Part shown: piece after piece, positions 57,548-64,000 of the stretch | Position numbering within the stretch: the stretch's first letter is position 1 | How the letters are laid out: each line of letters starts with the position of its first letter | NCBI GenBank assembly: GCA_944382885.1 | Contig: CALWNT010000012.1 | Coordinates: 10,784-74,783 of the forward strand | Source of the DNA: an uncultured Clostridia bacterium | GTDB lineage: Bacteria; Bacillota; Clostridia; Oscillospirales; Ruminococcaceae | DNA: 64,000 nt | Direction: 5' to 3' | The notes under the pieces: model-generated | The model's database searches: none | What the model was told of the DNA's origin: nothing | The model's input: the letters and a program-made list of their open reading frames with translations, nothing else | Made by a program: the position numbers and the translations under genes

Positions 57548-58672
57548 ATGAGAGTATTATTAGCCGGCGGAGGAACAGCGGGACATATCAACCCTGCCAT
57601 CGCCATTGCCCAGTACATTAAAAGCGAAGAACCGGATGCGGAGATTCTGTTTGCCGGAACTCCAAACGGGATGGAAGCGGGGCTTGTAAAAAAAGCGGGA
57701 TTTGCTTTTACCCCCATTCAAATCAGCGGTTTTAAAAGAAGCTTTTCTCCCGGTGCGATTGTGCATAATCTCAATACTCTCTGCCATTTGGTGACCTCTG
57801 ATTTTACAGCGAGAAGGATTGTCCGGGAGTTTCGTCCGGATATTGTCATTGGTACCGGAGGGTATGTCAGCGGTCCTATTGTGCTGGCGGCTTCCAAACT
57901 GGGAGTGAAAACCGCCATTCATGAACAGAACGCTTTTCCTGGTGTGACCAATAAAATTCTTGCGAAAAAAGTGGATTGCGTATTTTTGGCAGTAGAGGAG
58001 GCAAAGCCTCTTCTGGAGGTGAAGGGAGACTGTGAGGTCGTTGGTAATCCCATTCGCCAGAACATTATCCTGAAAACCAAAAGAGAAGCCAGACAGGAAC
58101 TGGGTCTTGATGATAAAATGTGTATCCTTTCCTTTGGAGGAAGTCTGGGCGCAGATATTATCAACCGGATGGGCGCAGACCTCATCGAGTGGAACGGTAC
58201 CCAGCGGAAAGTGAACCATATCCACGGTTACGGAAGACTGGGAAAGGAACTGTTCCCAAGACTTTTGCGGGAGCGCGGGATTACCCTCACCTCTGATTTC
58301 AGCGTAGACGCCAGGGAATATATCGACAATATGGCAACCTGCTTGGCGGCCGCGGATTTGGTGATCTGCCGCTCCGGGGCGATTACTCTGAGTGAGCTGG
58401 AAGCCACCGGAAAAGCATCTATTTTGGTTCCGTCTCCTTATGTAGCGGAAAACCATCAGTATCACAATGCGATGGTGCTGGTGAATCATGAAGCCGCATT
58501 CCTGATTGAAGAAAAGAATTATGAAAAAACCAAGTTTCTCGACATGGTGGAGGAACTTTGGAAAAATCCCCAAAAGCTTCAGAAATTTGGGCAAAATGCA
58601 TCAAAACTTGGGGTGCTTGACACAACGAAGCGAATTTATGATAAAATAAAGATACTGCTGAACGAGCAGTAA
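57548..58672 (+). CDS. murG: undecaprenyldiphospho-muramoylpentapeptide beta-N-acetylglucosaminyltransferase
   Basis: ORF 57278-58672 trimmed to ATG 57548 (MRVLLAGGGTAGHINPAIAIA), behind AAGGGGA. Confidence 0.92.
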   Translation: MRVLLAGGGTAGHINPAIAIAQYIKSEEPDAEILFAGTPNGMEAGLVKKAGFAFTPIQISGFKRSFSPGAIVHNLNTLCHLVTSDFTARRIVREFRPDIVIGTGGYVSGPIVLAASKLGVKTAIHEQNAFPGVTNKILAKKVDCVFLAVEEAKPLLEVKGDCEVVGNPIRQNIILKTKREARQELGLDDKMCILSFGGSLGADIINRMGADLIEWNGTQRKVNHIHGYGRLGKELFPRLLRERGITLTSDFSVDAREYIDNMATCLAAADLVICRSGAITLSELEATGKASILVPSPYVAENHQYHNAMVLVNHEAAFLIEEKNYEKTKFLDMVEELWKNPQKLQKFGQNASKLGVLDTTKRIYDKIKILLNEQ

Positions 58673-58765
58673 AAATGAAAAAATCTCACCAACTTTTCTT
58701 TCCCTGCATAGTATGGGATATCTAAAAACTAATATCTCAGATAGATTGGGAAAGGGAGTAAACAA

Positions 58766-60028
58766 ATGAGTAAACTGCGTATAGAAGGCGGACGCCGTCT
58801 GTCCGGTGAATTGAAGCTTCAGGGAGCAAAAAACAGCGCTCTTCCCATTCTGGCAGCAACCTTGCTGGGAGAAGGAGTCAGTGTGATACATAACTGCCCC
58901 GACCTTACCGATATAGCCGCTGCCGTAAAGATTCTGGAATATCTGGGCTGTAAGGTGGTTCGGGAGGGGGATACCCTTACTGTAGACGCCAGGCAGATTA
59001 CCCAGTGTACCATTCCGGAAAACCTGATGCGGGAGATGCGTTCCTCGATTGTGTTTTTAGGAGCGATGCTGTCAAGAACCAGAAAAGCGAAAATCTGTAT
59101 GCCGGGAGGGTGCGAGCTGGGGCCGAGACCCATCGATCTCCATCTGGAGGCACTGAAAAAGCTGGGAGCCACGATCACCTCAGACCACGGTTATCTCGAC
59201 TGTAAAGTGGAGAAAGGACTGGAAGGCGGGAAAATTTCTCTGCTGTTTCCCAGCGTGGGAGCAACGGAAAATATTCTTCTCGCAAGCTGTATGGCCAAAG
59301 GAAGAACGGTGATCCACAACGCCGCTCAGGAGCCGGAAATCGTGGACTTAGCCAGTTATCTCAACGGCAGGGGAGCGAAAATTCGGGGAGCAGGCAAAAG
59401 CCGTATTGTTGTAGACGGCGTAGAGCATTTGGATTCCGCCGAGCATACCGTGATGCCGGACCGGATTGTGGCTGCTACCTATCTCTGCGCGGGCGCGATT
59501 ACCGGAGGAGAAATCCTTCTCAGAGAGGTCCGCCCCTGTGATTTGGAAAGCATTTTCCCCATCTTTGAAAAGATGGGAATGCATCTTCGGATGACCGAAA
59601 GCGAAGTGCTTTTAAAGCCGCCGACCGATGGAAAAATCCGGAGCGTCAACGCCATCCGCACCATGCCTCATCCGGGGTTCCCCACCGACGCTCAGGCGCC
59701 GATCATGGCGGTGTTAAGCGTGGCGGAAGGAACCAGCATGTTTGTGGAAAATATTTTTGAAAGCAGATATAAGCATGCGCAGGAATTAAACCGGATGGGC
59801 GCAGATATCAAAGTAGAGGGCCGGGTAGCGGTTTGTACCGGAGTAGATGCGCTTTATGGCACAGAGGTGCAGGCAGAGGATCTCAGAGGAGGGGCGGCTT
59901 TGGTTTTGGCCGGACTTCGAGCGGAGGGCATTACCCAGGTAAATGACATCCACCATATTGACAGAGGCTATGAGTCCATCGAAACGGTGCTGGATTCTCT
60001 GGGAGCCAATATTGTGAGAATAGCATAG
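58766..60028 (+). CDS. murA: UDP-N-acetylglucosamine 1-carboxyvinyltransferase
   Basis: LRIEGGRRLSGELKLQGAKNSALPILAA N-terminus and an active-site Cys in the PGGCELGPRPID loop. Confidence 0.93.
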   Translation: MSKLRIEGGRRLSGELKLQGAKNSALPILAATLLGEGVSVIHNCPDLTDIAAAVKILEYLGCKVVREGDTLTVDARQITQCTIPENLMREMRSSIVFLGAMLSRTRKAKICMPGGCELGPRPIDLHLEALKKLGATITSDHGYLDCKVEKGLEGGKISLLFPSVGATENILLASCMAKGRTVIHNAAQEPEIVDLASYLNGRGAKIRGAGKSRIVVDGVEHLDSAEHTVMPDRIVAATYLCAGAITGGEILLREVRPCDLESIFPIFEKMGMHLRMTESEVLLKPPTDGKIRSVNAIRTMPHPGFPTDAQAPIMAVLSVAEGTSMFVENIFESRYKHAQELNRMGADIKVEGRVAVCTGVDALYGTEVQAEDLRGGAALVLAGLRAEGITQVNDIHHIDRGYESIETVLDSLGANIVRIA

Positions 60029-60075
60029 CGATTATGATAGTGTAAAATAGATTGTCCAAATCAGAGGAATTGTAA

Positions 60076-60996
60076 ATGAGAAAAAAAGTGAGAAGAAAAC
60101 CGTCGGTAAATGACCAGGCAAGGGTAATTAACCAGCAGAAACGGCGCAGGAGAAGAAAGAAAAATTACATTCTTTATTACATACTGGTTCTGTTTTTAAT
60201 TGCGGTGACTGGGGTAATTTTGTCCATTACCGTGTTTTTCAACACGAAAACGATAGAAGTGTCGCAGATAGAGGGTCATACGAGTGAGGAGATCATCGCC
60301 TATTCTGGTGTGGAAATCGGAGATAATCTCCTCCGTATGAATCTGTCCCAGATCGAAGAAAATATCATGTCCCATACCACTGATTTGGACCGCGTTTCAG
60401 TAGAAAGAAAATTTCCGGATACTTTGTCCATTAAGCTGACGGCAGCGGAGCCTGCTGCTGCGGTGGTGTATGAAGACAGCTATTACATTTTAAGCTCCGG
60501 CGGAAGAGTGATGAATATGACCACTTCCCTGGAGGGGTATGAAAACTTATTTTTATTCTCTGACGTGGATTTGTCCGGGATTCAGGTAGGAGATTTTGTA
60601 ACCGGAAACGAGTCCTACCGCACAACGCAGCAGGTACTTGAGGCGGTTACACAGTCCGGGATTTCCTCTATCCGTTCTTTACAGTTGGGAGATGGAGCGG
60701 ATATCCGCTTGAACTGCAACGACAAAGTCACAATCGTCCTGGGAAATGTGCTGGAAATCGACTACAAGCTTCAGATTGCCAAGCAGATTCTGGAGCAGGA
60801 GGTTGATCCGGAGCAGGAGGGGATTTTAGATGTAAGCCGGGCTTCGGAGGCTTATTTCCGTGAGATGAGCATGAGCGAGCAAAAAGAAAAGGGATATGCG
60901 GTAGAGGAGACTGCGGCTTTGCCGGCAGAGGAGGGAAGTCAAGAGCAGTCTCCAGAGGAAGAGACTGTTTCTCAGCCAGAGGAAGAGGGTCAATAA
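60076..60996 (+). CDS. ftsQ: cell division protein FtsQ/DivIB
   Basis: Basic N-terminus, one TM helix, a POTRA-like segment (IEVSQIEGHTSEEI...) and an acidic tail. Position before ftsZ. Confidence 0.7.
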   Translation: MRKKVRRKPSVNDQARVINQQKRRRRRKKNYILYYILVLFLIAVTGVILSITVFFNTKTIEVSQIEGHTSEEIIAYSGVEIGDNLLRMNLSQIEENIMSHTTDLDRVSVERKFPDTLSIKLTAAEPAAAVVYEDSYYILSSGGRVMNMTTSLEGYENLFLFSDVDLSGIQVGDFVTGNESYRTTQQVLEAVTQSGISSIRSLQLGDGADIRLNCNDKVTIVLGNVLEIDYKLQIAKQILEQEVDPEQEGILDVSRASEAYFREMSMSEQKEKGYAVEETAALPAEEGSQEQSPEEETVSQPEEEGQ

Positions 60997-61288
60997 AAAG
61001 ACGTTTTGCCAGAACATGGAGAAAAATGGAACAAAGCGATAGGAGAGAAAAGTCAATAGAAAAATTTCTCAAAATTTGTAGGATAAAGTAGTAGAAAAAC
61101 ACTAGATTTTATGAAAAAAACATAGTATAATATTACTTATAATTCGGCATTCCTGAAAATATATTATTTTGACGGTCTGCCATTGCCGCCAATGGTGGTT
61201 GATACTGTTCCAGAGGCCGGTACAGGAGAAAATTTTTCAAGAGGTCTGACAGACTGGATGTTAAATATATGTTTAGGAGGAAGTAGAC

Positions 61289-62386
61289 GTGGGATTTACA
61301 CTGGGCAACATTGATAATGATGATGTAAACATAAAGGTAATCGGTGTCGGCGGCGCCGGTGGGAATGCGGTGAACCGTATGGTGGCCTGTAATGTGCAGA
61401 ATGTGGAGTTTATCGCAATCAATACCGATCAGCCGGTACTGGACCTGTCTCAGGCGACTTATAAGATCAGAATCGGAGACAAACTGACTAAGGGCAGAGG
61501 CGCCGGAGGAAACCCGGAAATGGGGGCTAAGGCTGCCGAAGAAAGCCGGGAAGAAATTGAGAGTGCGTTAAAAGGCACTCAGATGATTTTTATCGCTGCC
61601 GGAATGGGCGGCGGCACTGGAACCGGAGCAGCTCCTGTGGTTGCGGAAATCGCAAAGGATCTGGGTATTCTGACGGTTGGTATTGTTACCAAGCCCTTTA
61701 CCTTTGAGGGGAAGAAAAGAATGCTCAATGCGGAAAAAGGACTGGAAGAGCTGGGCTCTAAAGTGGATTCTCTGATTGTCATTCCAAATGAGCGTTTGAA
61801 ACTCATTACGGATAAATTCCGTACCATGAAAGATGCTTTTGCGGCCGCTGACGACGTACTCCGTCAGGGTGTGCAGAGTATTTCTGACCTGATTAAAATG
61901 CCGGGGTTTGTAAACCTCGACTTCGCGGATGTCTGTGCCGTCATGAAGGAAGCCGGTTATGCTCACATGGGCGTGGGAACCGGTACTGGAAAGGACAAGG
62001 CTCACGAAGCGGCTACCGCTGCGATTTCCAGCCCGCTTTTGGAAACTACCATCGATGGGGCTAAGGGTATTATCATCAATATTACGGCGCCTTCCGATTT
62101 GGGCTTTGACGAGGCGGAAATTGCATCTTCTATCATTGCAGATGCGGCGCACCCGGACGCCAATATTTTCTGGGGTCTTGCTTTTGACGATACCTTGGAA
62201 GATGAGATGCGGATTACGGTAATCGCCACCAATTTTGCCGATAAAGAAGCAGAAGAAGCGAAAAAGGCAGAAGAAGAGGCTCAGAAAGCGAAGCAAGAAG
62301 CTGAAGCCGCGCAAAAACCCAGCGCAGTCGATTTGGATTTTGACGATATCATGGCCATCTTTAATGGAAATGGTAATCGGAAATAA
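61289..62386 (+). CDS. ftsZ: cell division protein FtsZ
   Basis: [13 protein letters not shown] and [13 protein letters not shown] tubulin signatures. GTG start 7 nt after GGAGGA. Confidence 0.95.
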   Translation: MGFTLGNIDNDDVNIKVIGVGGAGGNAVNRMVACNVQNVEFIAINTDQPVLDLSQATYKIRIGDKLTKGRGAGGNPEMGAKAAEESREEIESALKGTQMIFIAAGMGGGTGTGAAPVVAEIAKDLGILTVGIVTKPFTFEGKKRMLNAEKGLEELGSKVDSLIVIPNERLKLITDKFRTMKDAFAAADDVLRQGVQSISDLIKMPGFVNLDFADVCAVMKEAGYAHMGVGTGTGKDKAHEAATAAISSPLLETTIDGAKGIIINITAPSDLGFDEAEIASSIIADAAHPDANIFWGLAFDDTLEDEMRITVIATNFADKEAEEAKKAEEEAQKAKQEAEAAQKPSAVDLDFDDIMAIFNGNGNRK

Positions 62387-62438
62387 GGCAGCAGTACATA
62401 ACTTTTGCTTTGTATTCTGAAAATGCTCTAAAATAGTT

Positions 62439-62471
62439 CAGCGGCAGGCTTTTTGAGCCTGCCGCTGTTTT
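62439..62471 (+). terminator. intrinsic terminator of ftsZ
   Basis: cagcggcaggct / agcctgccgctg 12-bp stem, followed by TTTT. Confidence 0.75.
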
Positions 62472-62530
62472 GGTCTGCCGGTTTTTCTGATAATTGGAAA
62501 GACGGGAGTCTGATGTGGAAAAATTGAATC

Positions 62531-62562
62531 AAAGAAAAGAGGGCCTGATTTTCAGGCCCTCT
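62531..62562 (-). terminator. intrinsic terminator of the GH4 gene
   Basis: agagggcctg / caggccctct stem. On the - strand it is followed by cttttcttt. Confidence 0.7.
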
Positions 62563-62567
62563 GTGTT

Positions 62568-63890
62568 TTATTTGTAATCTTTCATATAGTCTCCGTGGGC
62601 TTCGATGAGATCGTCGCACATTTTGACAATATCGTCTGTAGACAATTCAGCAGCTGTGTGGGGATCTAACATCGCAGCCTGATAAATGCTTTCCCGCTTT
62701 TTCGTCACGGCGGCTTCGATGGTCATCAGCTGTACATTGATGTTGGTCATATTCAGTCCGGCAAGCTGAACTGGAAGTCTTCCCACGTGGCACGGATTTA
62801 CTCCCATAGCATCCACTAGACAGGGAACCTCTACACAGGCATCCGAAGGCAGGTTGTCGATTAACCCGGTGTTCAGCACGTTTCCGCCAATTTTATAAGG
62901 AGTATTGGTCACCATAGCTTCCATGATGTAAGAAGCGTATTCGTGAGAACGTTCATGTTCGATTTTGCCGTCCTTCAGGATGTTGTTTTTCTCTTCTTCC
63001 CATCCGGCGATCTGGTTGACGCATCTTCTCGGATATTCATCCAAGGGAATATTGAATGCGTCGATCAATTCCGGATAACGGGATTTGATAAACAGCGGAT
63101 TATATTCTGCGTTGTGCTCGCTGGATTCGGTGCAGTAATAGCCAAAACGCTTGATATACTCAAACCGCACCATATCGTTGTGCTTCTCTGACGCATTTTT
63201 TTCCGCGGCGCGTTTTCTGATTTCAGGATAGAGATCATTTCCGTCTTTGTCATAGATTTCCAGCAGCCATCCCATATGGTTGATTCCGGCAATCAATTCT
63301 TTTCTGCCTTCTAGTTTGTCCTCCATTCCAAGACTTTTCAAAAGCCCCTCAGAGCAAACCTGAACACTGTGGCACAGACCGACTGTCTTTACACCGGTAT
63401 ATCTCTGCATATAGCCGCTGAGCATTGCCATCGGGTTGGTATAGTTTAAAAACCATGCGTCCGGGCACACTTCTTCCATATCCTCAGCGAAGTCTTTCAA
63501 TACCGGAATAGTACGCAGCGCCCGCATAATCCCGCCGATGCCCAAGGTGTCGGCAATGGTCTGGCGCAGTCCGTATTTTTTAGGTACTTCAAAGTCGATA
63601 ATCGTACAGGGATCATAGAAACCAACCTGAATCGCGTTTACGACAAAATCAGCCCCTCTCAAGGCATCTTTTCTGTTTTCTACGCCCAGATAGGTTTTGA
63701 TAACTGCCCGATCCTGATTGACATTGTGGTTAATTGCTTTTAAAATGATTTCCGATTCTTTTAAACGCACCTCATCGATATCGTAAAGTGCGATTTCACT
63801 TTCCCGCAGAGCCGGCGTGCACATACAATCTCCCAGTACATTTCTGGCAAATACCGTGCTGCCTGCTCCCATAAAAGTAATTTTTGGCAT
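62568..63890 (-). CDS. melA: GH4-family alpha-galactosidase/alpha-glucosidase
   Basis: NAD-binding N-terminus MPKITFMGAGSTVFARNVLGD, the GLCHSV motif, and 440 aa. Confidence 0.85.
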   Translation of the reverse strand: MPKITFMGAGSTVFARNVLGDCMCTPALRESEIALYDIDEVRLKESEIILKAINHNVNQDRAVIKTYLGVENRKDALRGADFVVNAIQVGFYDPCTIIDFEVPKKYGLRQTIADTLGIGGIMRALRTIPVLKDFAEDMEEVCPDAWFLNYTNPMAMLSGYMQRYTGVKTVGLCHSVQVCSEGLLKSLGMEDKLEGRKELIAGINHMGWLLEIYDKDGNDLYPEIRKRAAEKNASEKHNDMVRFEYIKRFGYYCTESSEHNAEYNPLFIKSRYPELIDAFNIPLDEYPRRCVNQIAGWEEEKNNILKDGKIEHERSHEYASYIMEAMVTNTPYKIGGNVLNTGLIDNLPSDACVEVPCLVDAMGVNPCHVGRLPVQLAGLNMTNINVQLMTIEAAVTKKRESIYQAAMLDPHTAAELSTDDIVKMCDDLIEAHGDYMKDYK

Positions 63891-64000
63891 CGTGTTTCGC
63901 TCCTTCCAGTGTATGACTACACAATTTATAGTTCTATTATAACGTTTTTCCCAAAATTAAAAATGATGTTTTGTTTCTAATTGATTGTCATTATGTTGCA

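Overview
This window looks like chromosomal DNA from a Clostridia-type Firmicute, possibly Lachnospiraceae-like; that assignment is a low-confidence inference from gene content and RBS style. It is densely coding and mostly on the + strand. About 60 CDS are supported. No rRNA, tRNA, CRISPR array, transposase or integrase was recognised.

Main blocks:
- Housekeeping genes: tsaD, GTP-type PEPCK and ppiB.
- A radical-SAM/TIGR03915 DNA-repair pair behind a promoter that carries a LexA (Cheo) box.
- A GH116-creatininase-NIF3-like operon.
- An NfeD/SPFH pair.
- An orphan XRE-ImmA-nucleotidyltransferase module.
- A trxB-flavoprotein operon.
- A visibly lower-GC ddl patch.
- The glycolytic genes pgk-tpiA-gpmI.
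- A visibly AT-rich island at about 41.5-44.3 kb, holding tandem paralogous exported proteins and two perfect Spo0A boxes.
- A long dcw cluster: mraZ-rsmH-ftsL-PBP-murE-murF-mraY-ftsW-murG-murA-ftsQ-ftsZ.
- A convergent GH4 glycosidase gene at the end.

The most unusual non-coding signals are two:
- A 592-bp ORF-free spacer (45.6-46.2 kb) that folds into a closed multi-helix architecture. It is either a candidate large structured RNA on the + strand or a MITE-like element.
- A structured insert of about 270 bp between ftsW and murG, with two near-identical 48-nt hairpin repeats.

All calls come from reading the sequence and ORF track by eye. No searches, folding energies or GC calculations were run.
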